Shown here piece by piece: positions 1 to 11,843 of a stretch of 64,000 nucleotides of DNA. A program made the position numbers and the translations under genes. How positions within the stretch are numbered: position 1 is the first letter of the stretch; each line of letters starts with the position of its first letter. The notes under the pieces are model-generated. The model was not told the origin of the DNA. It was given only the letters and a program-made list of their open reading frames with translations, and did no database searches. Source of the DNA: Bacteroidota bacterium (GTDB taxonomy: Bacteria > Bacteroidota > Bacteroidia > NS11-12g > UBA955); contig CANFXY010000001.1 in assembly GCA_947451105.1 (NCBI GenBank), forward strand, positions 280 through 64,279. The letters run 5' to 3'.

Positions 1-1
1 T

Positions 2-1525
<1,524 letters not shown>

Positions 1526-1545
1526 TAATTAATTATCAATAAATC

Positions 1546-1572
1546 AAAAGGGGCTAGCAAGCCCCTTTTTTA
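1546..1572 (+). terminator. Intrinsic terminator after gyrB
   Basis: AAAAGGGGCT-AGCA-AGCCCCTTTT followed by a T run. Confidence 0.85.
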
Positions 1573-1629
1573 TTGGATTAAATTCTCTATTTTCTTAAAA
1601 TCAATACCTTCTTATCGGCTAAAAATCTT

Positions 1630-1637
1630 TATTTTTG
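1630..1637 (+). promoter_or_regulatory. Bacteroidota sigma-A -7 box for guaA
   Basis: TATTTTTG matches TAnnTTTG, 14 nt before the ATG. Confidence 0.6.
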
Positions 1638-1651
1638 TACCCGTTTATCCC

Positions 1652-3178
1652 ATGCAAGAGCAAATATTAATTCTAGATTTTGGTTCTCAATACACACAAC
1701 TAATAGCAAGACGCGTAAGAGAGCTAAATGTATACTGCGAAATTCATCCGTATAACAATATTGGTGAAATATCAGAAGGCGTAAAAGGCGTTATCCTTAG
1801 TGGTAGCCCTGCCTCCGTAAGGGACCCTGAATGTCCTAAAATTGATCTGACCCAATTTATTGGTAAATATCCTGTTTTAGGTGTTTGTTACGGTGCACAA
1901 TACATCGCGCAAAATTTAGGTGGAGTTGTTGCAGCAAGCGATCATAGAGAATATGGCCGTTCAATGTTGCACATTAAAAATGAATCAAAATTATTGAAAG
2001 GACTTAGCTCTCCAACCCAAATGTGGATGAGCCATGCAGATACCATAATGGAATTGCCAAGCAATGCTGAATTATTAGCTGGTACAGATTCAATAAGCAA
2101 TGCAGCTTACCGTTTGATAGATTCTGAAACCTATTGCATACAATTTCACCCTGAGGTTACCCATAGCACAGAGGGCTTAAAGTTGTTAAGTAATTTTGTG
2201 GTAGACATTGCAGGCTGCAAACAAGATTGGAATCCTGATAATTTCATACATGAAACAGTTGAACAATTAAAAAAACAAATTGGCGATGACCGCGTAATCC
2301 TTGGCCTTTCAGGAGGCGTGGATAGTAGTGTTGCTGCAGCTCTTTTGCATAAAGCAATTGGTAAAAATCTTTATTGCATTTTTATTGACAATGGTTTGCT
2401 TAGACAAAATGAATTTCAAGAAGTTCTTGAGGCCTACCGACAAATGGATCTAAATGTTATTGGTGTTGATGCTTCTCAGCAATTCTACGATGCATTGGCA
2501 GGTTTGTATGATCCTGAATTGAAAAGAAAAGCAATTGGACGTGTATTCGTTGAAGTGTTCGACCAAGAATCTCATAAAATTGATGGCGCACAATGGTTGG
2601 CGCAAGGTACAATATACCCAGATGTGATCGAATCCGTTTCAGTTAAAGGACCATCAGCAACCATTAAATCTCACCACAATGTGGGTGGCTTGCCAGAAAA
2701 AATGAAAATGAAAATTGTCGAGCCACTTAGATCGCTTTTTAAAGATGAAGTAAGAAGAGTTGGTGCTGCATTGAATATTCCAAAGAACATTTTAGGCAGA
2801 CATCCATTTCCAGGACCAGGATTGGCCATTAGAATAATAGACGATATTACAGTAGAGAAAGTTAGAATCTTACAACAGGCTGATGCAATTTACATCGAGA
2901 CTTTACGTGAAACAGGTTGGTACGATAAAATTTGGCAAGCTGGCGCGATTTTCCTTCCGGTAAAAAGTGTTGGTGTTATGGGCGATGAGAGAACGTATGA
3001 ATATGTAATAGCGCTTCGCGCGGTGTCTTCTCTCGATGGAATGACTGCAGATTGGGTTCATATTCCATATGAGATTTTGGCAGATATAAGCAATAAAATA
3101 ATTAATCGTGTAAAAGGGATTAATAGAGTGGTTTATGATATCAGTTCAAAACCACCAGCTACAATTGAATGGGAATAA
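1652..3178 (+). CDS. guaA: GMP synthase (glutamine-hydrolysing)
   Basis: LDFGSQY, GVCYG (catalytic Cys), [37 protein letters not shown]. Confidence 0.98.
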   Translation: MQEQILILDFGSQYTQLIARRVRELNVYCEIHPYNNIGEISEGVKGVILSGSPASVRDPECPKIDLTQFIGKYPVLGVCYGAQYIAQNLGGVVAASDHREYGRSMLHIKNESKLLKGLSSPTQMWMSHADTIMELPSNAELLAGTDSISNAAYRLIDSETYCIQFHPEVTHSTEGLKLLSNFVVDIAGCKQDWNPDNFIHETVEQLKKQIGDDRVILGLSGGVDSSVAAALLHKAIGKNLYCIFIDNGLLRQNEFQEVLEAYRQMDLNVIGVDASQQFYDALAGLYDPELKRKAIGRVFVEVFDQESHKIDGAQWLAQGTIYPDVIESVSVKGPSATIKSHHNVGGLPEKMKMKIVEPLRSLFKDEVRRVGAALNIPKNILGRHPFPGPGLAIRIIDDITVEKVRILQQADAIYIETLRETGWYDKIWQAGAIFLPVKSVGVMGDERTYEYVIALRAVSSLDGMTADWVHIPYEILADISNKIINRVKGINRVVYDISSKPPATIEWE

Positions 3179-3179
3179 A

Positions 3180-4298
3180 ATGAGATTAGGCCTGACCATA
3201 TTTTGTATTCTTGCATTTTTTTCTAGCAGATTGTATGCGAACAATGTGTTGCATGAAAAACTCCCTCCGTATAAAAAAGAATACAAGGTTGTTTTAATGC
3301 TCCCTTTTTGCATAGGTATGCCTGATAAATGGAAAGTCAGAGATATCATGGCAGAATACTATGAAGGAATAGAGATGGCCATCGCTGATTTGGAAACCCA
3401 AGGACTTAAAATGAAATTGACAGTCCTTGATACCAAAATGGACAGCTTAGAGGTTATTCGTCTGTTGCAAAATCCTGATCTTCAGGAAACTGATTTGATG
3501 ATTGGTCCAGTATACGACAATGAATTGTTTGAAGTCGAGAAATTTTGCGCCATATACAAAATACCTTTGGTGTCACCACTTCGATACTATCCCAATACCT
3601 TAGGTACAGAATTTCCATTAATTAATTGCAATACGGTTGATAGCCTTCAATATTTCTACACTGGAAAACACGCTGCTTTTGCCTTCAAAAAATTTCAAGT
3701 GGTGGTTGTTGATGATGTTCTCAAAAATACGAGAACTTTTGCCGCTCGAAATTTTAAAAAAGGATATGAATTGGCCTCAGGTCAAAAATGTCAAATAATT
3801 GATGGTAAAACCGTTACAATTGAATCGGTTTGGAATAAAAAAGATTCTCTAATGGTTTTTTACACGGGTAAAGGCGCAAGCAGTTGCAGCCAAGGAATAT
3901 CTGCAAAAAACAATCCGAAATGCATAGTGGTGGGACCAACTGACTGGCTTGATATCGATAGAGTGAGTTACAATTCACTTAATGGATTGTATTTTTACGG
4001 TACATACAGCGTGCCATACAACGATACAACCTACAAAGCCTTTAGAAGAGAATACCGTTTGAAATATGGAGGTGACCCTGACCGCTACACTTTTATTGGT
4101 TACGATCAGTTTTCATTTTTTGCCACCGCCTTAATGGCTTTTGACCAAGACTTTTATAAATATATTTTAAATAAGGAATTCAACTACACGCACCGTACAT
4201 TTAATTTTGTTCAAAGAGGCAACCTAATTGAAAATGCTGGTTTGAATTTGTTTTATTACGAAAATTATAATTTTTACAAAGCATTTTGGAGATACTAA
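3180..4298 (+). CDS. Exported type-1 periplasmic-binding-protein-fold protein
   Basis: The ATG at 3180 gives a signal peptide (MRLGLTIFCILAFFSSRLYA). Pattern VLMLPF...YYEG...D...IGP...PLVSP...GYD resembles the PBP1-like proteins found after guaA in Bacteroidota. Confidence 0.65.
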   Translation: MRLGLTIFCILAFFSSRLYANNVLHEKLPPYKKEYKVVLMLPFCIGMPDKWKVRDIMAEYYEGIEMAIADLETQGLKMKLTVLDTKMDSLEVIRLLQNPDLQETDLMIGPVYDNELFEVEKFCAIYKIPLVSPLRYYPNTLGTEFPLINCNTVDSLQYFYTGKHAAFAFKKFQVVVVDDVLKNTRTFAARNFKKGYELASGQKCQIIDGKTVTIESVWNKKDSLMVFYTGKGASSCSQGISAKNNPKCIVVGPTDWLDIDRVSYNSLNGLYFYGTYSVPYNDTTYKAFRREYRLKYGGDPDRYTFIGYDQFSFFATALMAFDQDFYKYILNKEFNYTHRTFNFVQRGNLIENAGLNLFYYENYNFYKAFWRY

Positions 4299-5359
4299 AA
4301 CCATTCAGATTAGCAGTTGTCGCAGACATATTATCTAATTATAAATACGACCAACCTTTTCAATATTATTTCACCAACCTTTGCAAGCAAAATAGATCTT
4401 GGGGAAGCAAGGATAGAAAAATATATAAAAATTTATGCTTTTCCTATTTTAGAATGGGGTATGCATTGAATTCAGAAACAGATTTACAAAGTAAAATTAA
4501 AAAGGCTGTTTCTGTTTCAGATGAAACAACTCAATTCCCTAAGCCAGATGAGATCTTCCCTCACAGAAATGAGGTAAGTCAACTGTTAGATTTTGATGAG
4601 TGGGTTAATGGATTGCAATTTCAAAAGCCATTGTACTTGGTATTAAGACGTGGATCCGAAGCTCTAGTCTACAATTTTCTGAAACAAAATCAAATTCCTT
4701 ATGAACAGGTTACAGAATTCAGCCTTAAGTTGGAGGCAGATAGCAAGTGCAACCATGTGTTAGAACATGGGTGGGCTTGGACCATGGATTTTGCTTCTCA
4801 AAAAGTAGCCGATGGTGTCGAAGTAGAAGAAGACGATGTCATTTGGGATGCATGCAGCGGAGCTGGTGGAAAATCAATTTATATTTCTAATAAATACATT
4901 AAACCATTTCTATTAACCTGCAGCGATAAAAGGTTTACAATTCTGGAAAACTTAAAAGCTCGTTTTAAATCATTAGGCTTAAAGGTGCCGCAAATTGAAT
5001 TATGTGATTTGTTGGAAGTATTTCAATTAAAGACAAAATACGATAAAATCATATTGGATGTGCCTTGTTCCGGAAGTGGAACCTGGGGACGTTCTCCTGA
5101 AAACATATTAGGTTTCGAACTTTCAAAGATTGACTATTTCTCTAAACTCCAGCTGAAAATAGCAGGAAACGCCCTGAAAAATCTAAAAACGGATGGCAAG
5201 TTGTACTACATGACCTGTTCTGTATTTGCTTCTGAAAATGAGAAAAATGTAGACTATTTGGTTAATAACCACGGTTTAAGATTGGAATCTATGCAATATA
5301 CAGTTGCGCCCAATAATGAATCAGATACCTTGTTCATCGCTGTTTTAACCAAGTTGTAA
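4286..5359 (+). CDS. RsmB/NOL1/NOP2/Sun family RNA m5C methyltransferase
   Basis: DACSGAGGKS, DVPCSGSG and YMTCS motifs, with both catalytic Cys. TTG start overlaps the previous gene. Confidence 0.9.
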   Translation: MEILKPFRLAVVADILSNYKYDQPFQYYFTNLCKQNRSWGSKDRKIYKNLCFSYFRMGYALNSETDLQSKIKKAVSVSDETTQFPKPDEIFPHRNEVSQLLDFDEWVNGLQFQKPLYLVLRRGSEALVYNFLKQNQIPYEQVTEFSLKLEADSKCNHVLEHGWAWTMDFASQKVADGVEVEEDDVIWDACSGAGGKSIYISNKYIKPFLLTCSDKRFTILENLKARFKSLGLKVPQIELCDLLEVFQLKTKYDKIILDVPCSGSGTWGRSPENILGFELSKIDYFSKLQLKIAGNALKNLKTDGKLYYMTCSVFASENEKNVDYLVNNHGLRLESMQYTVAPNNESDTLFIAVLTKL

Positions 5360-5691
5360 TTTTCTGCATCTTAGATTTTCGGAATTGTAGATTTCTTAAA
5401 TCTTTTTAATTTAGATGATTCTTTATATTTAAACTCTGCTCGTTTTAAACAGTTTTTATTAAATAATCTACTTTTATCTTTTCTTATGGCTCTAATTTTG
5501 TAGAATAAATACGGTTTTTAGTGTGCAAAAATTGGTGATATTAAAGCAAAATCACTTATTATTGCACTTCAATTTTGATGAAAACACAAACTCTTTCAAA
5601 ACTGATTTTTTTCAACGTTTAATTTATACCATTATAATTAAGTTTTGGTTAAATTTAAAATATTGATTATTATAACTTTAGATACACAGAT

Positions 5692-6474
5692 ATGACACAA
5701 AATAGATTAAATCCTTTGTTTAAAATCACATTGATTTTACTTTTATTTAGTTCCTGCGTAAGCAGTTCTAAAATTCGAATTTTTAGTGGATTAAATGACA
5801 AAACCACTCAGGATATACTTAAAAACACACATGAAAATTTAATTAAGCCAAGCGATATACTACAAATAACCATCTTTTTGACCCAAGATAAAGAAACAGA
5901 AAAGATTTTAAATAATACGGTTACATCTACACCTGGTGCAAGTTCTGCCGCTCCTTCAGGATATTTGGTCGACGATTCAGGTTATGTAAAACTTCCATTG
6001 CTTGGCAAAGTATCTTGTCAAGATTTAAGTAAAAAACAATTAGAAGATAAAATTGCAAACCTTTTAACAGATGGAAAGGTTGCCATTGATCCAATTGTAA
6101 GTGTCCGAGTTTCCAATTATAAAATCACATTATTAGGTGAGGTTGCGAGGCCAGGTGTTTTTAATATTCAAAATGAGAAAATCACAATAATTGAGGCGAT
6201 TGGTATGGCAGGTGATTTGACCGTTTATGCCCAAAGAGATAATGTACTATTGATCCGCGAGCAAAATGGGAAGAGAACCTACACTAGATTTAATTTAAAT
6301 GACCCAGAAATATTTAATAAAGACTTTTATTATTTACAAAATCAAGACGTTATCTATTTTGAACCCGGTAAAAGTAAAACAGCAGCCATTGACCGCAGCT
6401 CTCAATTTGTATCTATGGGTATTTCAACCATTACCCTCATCATTTTGCTTTACAGCAATTTCGTCGGAAAATAA
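5692..6474 (+). CDS. wza: Polysaccharide export lipoprotein (Wza/OPX family)
   Basis: Lipobox FSSC; GYLVDDSGYVKLPLLG; GEVARPG; EAIGMAGDLT; LQNQDVI. First gene of the EPS operon. Confidence 0.9.
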   Translation: MTQNRLNPLFKITLILLLFSSCVSSSKIRIFSGLNDKTTQDILKNTHENLIKPSDILQITIFLTQDKETEKILNNTVTSTPGASSAAPSGYLVDDSGYVKLPLLGKVSCQDLSKKQLEDKIANLLTDGKVAIDPIVSVRVSNYKITLLGEVARPGVFNIQNEKITIIEAIGMAGDLTVYAQRDNVLLIREQNGKRTYTRFNLNDPEIFNKDFYYLQNQDVIYFEPGKSKTAAIDRSSQFVSMGISTITLIILLYSNFVGK

Positions 6475-6491
6475 TATTTTAAAGTACACAA

Positions 6492-8873
6492 ATGAACGAT
6501 AAAAAATCACCTGTTAAGAGCGAAACAGCCAATTTAGTTAATGACATCATAAGCAAATACTTGCCATTTTGGCCTGTTTTTGCGCTTGCTATTGTTATCT
6601 GTTTTGCTGTTACATTTCTAAAATTGAGGTACACAACGCCACTTTTTAAGGCCACAGCTACTATTATGCTGAAGGATGAAGAAACAGGCATGGAAAGTGT
6701 CATAAATGCCTTAGAGGGTACAGAATCTAAAAAGAATGTTGAAAATGAAATTGAAATTATAAAATCTAGGGGCTTAATGACTCAAGTTGTTGTTGACATG
6801 GGATTGTATGCTGAAGTTTTTATACCAGGTCGTATTAACAATTTGTATGCCTATAACAATTGTCCTGTTTCATTTATAGCAATTGATCCTGCTAAGACTT
6901 TTAATACAAGCCTTATTGATTTTACTTATTATCCACTTGAAAAAGCGGTTGAATTAGCAGGGAAAAAATATCCCCTAGAAGATACAGTATTAACGCCATA
7001 TGGAAAATTTAGGATTAATTACCAACACAAGAATGATGTAAAAGACAATAGGAAATATTTTGTAAAGTTTTCTAAAGTTGATGACATGGCGAAAAACTTA
7101 TTATCTAATTTGTCGATTTCACCAGGCTCTAAGCAAACCACAATATTGAATTTGGGAATAACTGATCCTGTTCCTGAACGTGCGGTTGATATTTTAAACG
7201 CCTTAATAAAGGAATATAATAGGGCAGGTGTTGCAGATAAAAATACTATGGCTGAAAATACGCTCAAGTTTATTGAAGAACGTTTGGCCAAAGTAACCAT
7301 TGAATTGTCTTCAATTGAAATGGACATTGAAAATTATAAGCAAAAAGAAGACATTGTTGATATTTCAACCCAAGGTACAGCCTATTTAGCGAATGTTCAA
7401 GCATCAGATCAACAGGCAGCTGAGGTAAATATTCAATTGTCTGTAATGGATAACATTGAAAAATATTTAATTAATAAAAGCGATAATTCAGGAACAGTTC
7501 CCTCTACCTTTGGAATTAGCGATCCAACGCTGATGAGTTTGTTAAATAAACTTAATGAAGCAGAATTGCAATTAAGCCGTATTAGAAAAACTGGTGCGGA
7601 AAACTCGCCGACAGTATTGGCTTTGCAAAGTCAAATTTCCCAATTGAAGCCTAGTATTTTAGAAAATATCAGAAATTTAAAACAGAATCTAAAGGCTACA
7701 GAATCAAAAATTAGAGGACAAAGCAACCGTTATACCAGTATGTTGCAAACCATTCCAAAAAAAGAAAGGGAATTGTTGGACATTAATAGGCAACAAACAG
7801 TAAAAAACAGTATTTATACTTTTTTACTGGAAAAACGAGAAGAAACTGCCTTGTCCTATGCATCTGCCGCATCTGATAGTAGATTGATTAATCCTGCCGA
7901 GGCACTTGGATTTCCTGTAAAGCCCGTTAAATCAAGCATGTATATTTTTGCTCTGCTTTGCGGTGTTTTAATAGGTGTGGCATTCGTTCTACTCAAAGAA
8001 AAGCTTACCAGAGAGATTATGTTCAGATCTGAAATTGAAAAAAATACAGACGCAACCATATTATCTGAAATAATTTTCAATGAAGGCAAAGAAACCATCG
8101 TAGTAAATGATGGAAACAGAACACCAATCGCAGAACAATTTAGATCTTTAAGAACTTCACTAGGCTTTATAGGTTCTAATGCACACAACAAAACAATTTT
8201 AATGACTTCTTCTGTTTCTGGAGATGGGAAAAGTTTTATTGCGATTAATCTTTGTATTAGTTTAGCAATAGCCAACAAAAAAGTACTTTTATTGGACCTA
8301 GACATGAGAAGACCAAAACTCTCAACTATGCTTGGTTTAAAGAATGATTTTGGAATGTCTACAATACTATCTGGCAATTGTGCCAAAGAAAAGGCGATTC
8401 AAAATATCAAAGATATTCCCAATTTAAGTATTATTACCGCAGGTCAAGTGCCTCCCAATCCAACCGAATTAATAATGAATGGTAAATTAGAGGAAATATT
8501 AAAAGACTATAAGACGGAATTTGACTATATTATTATTGATACACCGCCTATAGGTTTGGTAACCGATGCTAAAATTTTAGGGCAATTCTCAGATATTACA
8601 TTCTATATCGTTCGTCATCACCATACGCCTAAATCATACTTAAGATTCATTAACAATTTATACGTTAATGAAGAATTTCGCAATATGTATATTGTCTTTA
8701 ATGGTTTGAAAGAAAGAGGTATGCTAGGCGCAAAAAGTACTTATGGCAATGGTTACGGCAATGGTTATGGTTATGGGTATGGGTATGGATATTCTTCTGA
8801 CGAAAATACCCAGGTTGGTTTTTTGAATTTCTTTAATAAGAAATTAAAGAATTTAATAAAGAGAAAAGTCTAA
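6492..8873 (+). CDS. wzc: Polysaccharide co-polymerase / BY-kinase (Wzc/GumC)
   Basis: Two TM segments flanking a coiled coil; EQFRSLRT; Walker A SGDGKS; DLDMRRP; IIIDTPP; C-terminal tyrosine cluster YGNGYGNGYGYGYGYGY. Confidence 0.93.
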   Translation: MNDKKSPVKSETANLVNDIISKYLPFWPVFALAIVICFAVTFLKLRYTTPLFKATATIMLKDEETGMESVINALEGTESKKNVENEIEIIKSRGLMTQVVVDMGLYAEVFIPGRINNLYAYNNCPVSFIAIDPAKTFNTSLIDFTYYPLEKAVELAGKKYPLEDTVLTPYGKFRINYQHKNDVKDNRKYFVKFSKVDDMAKNLLSNLSISPGSKQTTILNLGITDPVPERAVDILNALIKEYNRAGVADKNTMAENTLKFIEERLAKVTIELSSIEMDIENYKQKEDIVDISTQGTAYLANVQASDQQAAEVNIQLSVMDNIEKYLINKSDNSGTVPSTFGISDPTLMSLLNKLNEAELQLSRIRKTGAENSPTVLALQSQISQLKPSILENIRNLKQNLKATESKIRGQSNRYTSMLQTIPKKERELLDINRQQTVKNSIYTFLLEKREETALSYASAASDSRLINPAEALGFPVKPVKSSMYIFALLCGVLIGVAFVLLKEKLTREIMFRSEIEKNTDATILSEIIFNEGKETIVVNDGNRTPIAEQFRSLRTSLGFIGSNAHNKTILMTSSVSGDGKSFIAINLCISLAIANKKVLLLDLDMRRPKLSTMLGLKNDFGMSTILSGNCAKEKAIQNIKDIPNLSIITAGQVPPNPTELIMNGKLEEILKDYKTEFDYIIIDTPPIGLVTDAKILGQFSDITFYIVRHHHTPKSYLRFINNLYVNEEFRNMYIVFNGLKERGMLGAKSTYGNGYGNGYGYGYGYGYSSDENTQVGFLNFFNKKLKNLIKRKV

Positions 8874-10246
8874 TGGAAATTAAACAATTACCAAGCATTG
8901 GTGAAAAGCGTTTAAAAAAGGCTTTTGAATGGGTTAAACTCATTAGTGTTTCAGGAATCGTTCAGATATTGGTAACCGGTTTAGGTTTTGTAAGTGGACT
9001 ATTAGTTGTCCGCTACCTAGACAAAGATCAATTAGCGCTATATAGTATGGCCAACAATATTCTTGGCACAATGGTCATTTTAGCTGATGGTGGTATTTCA
9101 AATGGTGTTATGGCTTTTGGTGCTCAGGTCCAAGACAATATGCGAAAATTTGGAAAGGTATTAAATACCGGTATGGATTTGCGCAAAATGTTTGCCATTA
9201 TTAGTATCATCATAGCGGCTCCTATGCTTATATTCTTGTTGATGAATAACGGCTCCACTTTTTGGGTGGCTTTTGTTATTTTTATTGCTATTATCCCAAC
9301 ATTTCTTGCATCCTTGTCAGGTAATTTGCTTGAAATTGTAGCTAAAATTAAACAAGATATTTTTCCACTACAGAAAATACGAATGGAATATAATATATTT
9401 CGTTTAATATTAATTTTCATTGTGGTTTTTTTATTTCCTTATGCTTATTTAGCTTTGTTAGCTGGCGGTATACCTCAATTTTATAATAATTGGCGTTTGA
9501 GGAAATTAGCACAGAAATATGTTGATTTTAGTGTTGAACCTGATAAAGTATTTAAATTTAAGAACTTGTTCAAAAAGAACACTTCACAAGATGGAAATGA
9601 ATCAAACAATGACGAGAATTACAGAGAGAAAATTTTAAAGGTTGTGAGTCGGATTATGCCAGGGGCAGCATATTTTAGTATATCTGGTCAAATAAATCTT
9701 TATTTGATTTCAATTTTCAGTAATTCAGGCGAGGCTAATCAATCTATATCTGAGATCGCAGGATTAGATAAGTTGGGTATGGTAATGACTATTGTGTCGC
9801 AGTTATTCGTTACCTTGATCATGCCAAGATTTGCACAATTGCCAGATGTAAAGGCAGTATTGATCAATCGATTTATTCAAATTTTTATTTTACTAACGGG
9901 TATTTCTCTAATAGTGATAGGTTCATTTTATCTATTCGATACATTTCTACTTAATCTTCTAGGGGATAAATACAAGGGCATAGAATTAGCTTTGCTTTTA
10001 AGTGTAACAGGAACAAGTATTGGCATGATAGCAGGTAATGTATATTCTTTATTTGTGAATAGAGGCTGGAATATTCCACCATATTTTTCAATTCCATTAA
10101 ACATAGCCATTATTACAGTTGCTATTATTTTATTTCCTATTGGTACCGTCATTGGTGTGCTTAAAATGAATATTTTCATCAATTCAATCCATTTGATTGT
10201 TAATACATCCTATTTAGTTTATAAAATAAATTCAAAAAGAAGATAA
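8873..10246 (+). CDS. Polysaccharide flippase (Wzx/MOP-like)
   Basis: Many TM helices; N-terminal 'VQ..GFVSGLLVVRYL' and 'LADGG' pattern; position after wzc. Confidence 0.75.
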   Translation: MEIKQLPSIGEKRLKKAFEWVKLISVSGIVQILVTGLGFVSGLLVVRYLDKDQLALYSMANNILGTMVILADGGISNGVMAFGAQVQDNMRKFGKVLNTGMDLRKMFAIISIIIAAPMLIFLLMNNGSTFWVAFVIFIAIIPTFLASLSGNLLEIVAKIKQDIFPLQKIRMEYNIFRLILIFIVVFLFPYAYLALLAGGIPQFYNNWRLRKLAQKYVDFSVEPDKVFKFKNLFKKNTSQDGNESNNDENYREKILKVVSRIMPGAAYFSISGQINLYLISIFSNSGEANQSISEIAGLDKLGMVMTIVSQLFVTLIMPRFAQLPDVKAVLINRFIQIFILLTGISLIVIGSFYLFDTFLLNLLGDKYKGIELALLLSVTGTSIGMIAGNVYSLFVNRGWNIPPYFSIPLNIAIITVAIILFPIGTVIGVLKMNIFINSIHLIVNTSYLVYKINSKRR

Positions 10247-10257
10247 TAAATACTAAA

Positions 10258-11229
10258 ATGAACAACGCAGTTTGTACCTTATTTGAAAAACACTACCACC
10301 ATGGTGTTGCTGTTTTAAGTAATTCTTTGATTAGAAATGGTTTTAAAGGTTCCATATACGCCGGATATCGAGGGTCTTTGCCACAATGGTGTGATAGAGC
10401 TCAACCGGATGATAGTTTAAGTTGGGAAGGCGCTTTTACAATCGAAATTAGTGATGAAGTAAAGATTCATTTACTGCCGATGAAAACAGATGCTCACTTC
10501 ACAAATTATAAAGCCCATTTTATGCTGCAGCTTTGGGACGGACCTGCTAAGAATGCTGATGCTATGTTTTATTTTGATCCAGATGTTGTTTTTATAGCTA
10601 GATGGAGTTTCTTTGAAGAGTGGGTTAGATGCGGTGTTGCCGTCTCTGAGGATGTTAATTCTCCTGTATCTCAATACCATCCAAGAAGGATAGGTTGGCG
10701 CGAATTTTTCGGTCAATACAATCATAATCTACAATTTAAAGAATCTTATTATGTTAACGCAGGCTTTGTAGGTGTGAAAAGAACTGATATAAATTTTTTG
10801 GAAATTTGGAAGAAAATGATGGAGGAATTAGCTTTAAGAATAGGTGGACTAAATCGAAGTTCTGTTTCTGGTGTTGCTATTCCATTGGAGGAACAAGGCG
10901 ATCTTACCCCTTTTGGGAATGTCGATCAAGATGTTCTTAATGCTGCAATTGAAGCTTTTGAAGGCAAAGTGAGTTTTGCGGGAAAAGAAGGAATGGCATT
11001 TGCTTCTTCTGGGGCTGCGTTAATCCCTCATGCATTGGGCAGAAATAAGCCATGGTTGTTAAAACCAATGCTCTATTTGCTTAAAGGTCACCCACCTAGA
11101 AAAGTTGATAAAGTTTATTGGAAGTATGCCAATCAACCATTAAAGGCCCATTCCGATTTTAAGATTAGTAGCATGAAGTTTCAAATAAAGTGTGCTTCAC
11201 TTTTAGGGAGATTTTATAGTAGAAATTAA
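10258..11229 (+). CDS. Hypothetical protein, possible GT-A-fold glycosyltransferase
   Basis: YFDPD (DxD-like), YVNAGFVG, DQDVLN and C-terminal H..GRNKPW recall GT8-like enzymes. No signal peptide. Confidence 0.55.
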   Translation: MNNAVCTLFEKHYHHGVAVLSNSLIRNGFKGSIYAGYRGSLPQWCDRAQPDDSLSWEGAFTIEISDEVKIHLLPMKTDAHFTNYKAHFMLQLWDGPAKNADAMFYFDPDVVFIARWSFFEEWVRCGVAVSEDVNSPVSQYHPRRIGWREFFGQYNHNLQFKESYYVNAGFVGVKRTDINFLEIWKKMMEELALRIGGLNRSSVSGVAIPLEEQGDLTPFGNVDQDVLNAAIEAFEGKVSFAGKEGMAFASSGAALIPHALGRNKPWLLKPMLYLLKGHPPRKVDKVYWKYANQPLKAHSDFKISSMKFQIKCASLLGRFYSRN

Positions 11230-11252
11230 CAAGGAAAAAAATATTATAACTA

Positions 11253-11843
11253 ATGATTGACTTTAAAAAAATTCTCGAACTCCAATACAGTAAAGTTACC
11301 GATTGGCATAATGAAATAAAATTTTCTGAGGAAACATTACCTTGGATGTTTATTGAAGAAAATATGAAATGGAATTTTATGCTATGGCATGAAGAAGATA
11401 TTGCGAGAATTAAAGACATTGATCCACTTAGGATTGTTGAAGCAAAAAGAAATATTGATCAATACAACCAAGCCCGAAATAATGCAATGGAAAAAATTGA
11501 TGAATGGATTCTTTCCTTTTTAGAATCAAATAGGATTAATCCTGGAGAAAAAATGCATTCTGAAACTCCTGGAATGATGATAGACCGCTTGGCTATAATG
11601 GCATTGAAGAAATACCATATGGAAGAAGAAACTTTGAGATCAGATGTCGAACAAGCACATATTGACAAATGTGCCTTAAAAGTGTCCGTTTTAAATGAGC
11701 AAATCATAGACTTGTCAAATGCTTTAAATCAAGTTTTTATTGATCTTGAAAATTCTATTTTACGATTTAAAGTGTATAGACAGTTCAAAATGTACAATGA
11801 CCCAAGTTTAAATCCAGAGTTATACAAAAGAAATAATAGTTAA
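11253..11843 (+). CDS. DUF4254 domain protein
   Basis: LWHEEDIAR, KRNIDQYNQARN, SETPGMMIDRL, YHM, FKVYRQFKMYNDPSLNP. Confidence 0.85.
   Translation: MIDFKKILELQYSKVTDWHNEIKFSEETLPWMFIEENMKWNFMLWHEEDIARIKDIDPLRIVEAKRNIDQYNQARNNAMEKIDEWILSFLESNRINPGEKMHSETPGMMIDRLAIMALKKYHMEEETLRSDVEQAHIDKCALKVSVLNEQIIDLSNALNQVFIDLENSILRFKVYRQFKMYNDPSLNPELYKRNNS

Noticed and set aside
8742..8792. Short tandem GGTTAT/GGGTAT-like repeats
   Set aside because: They encode the normal Wzc tyrosine cluster; not a contingency locus or CRISPR.
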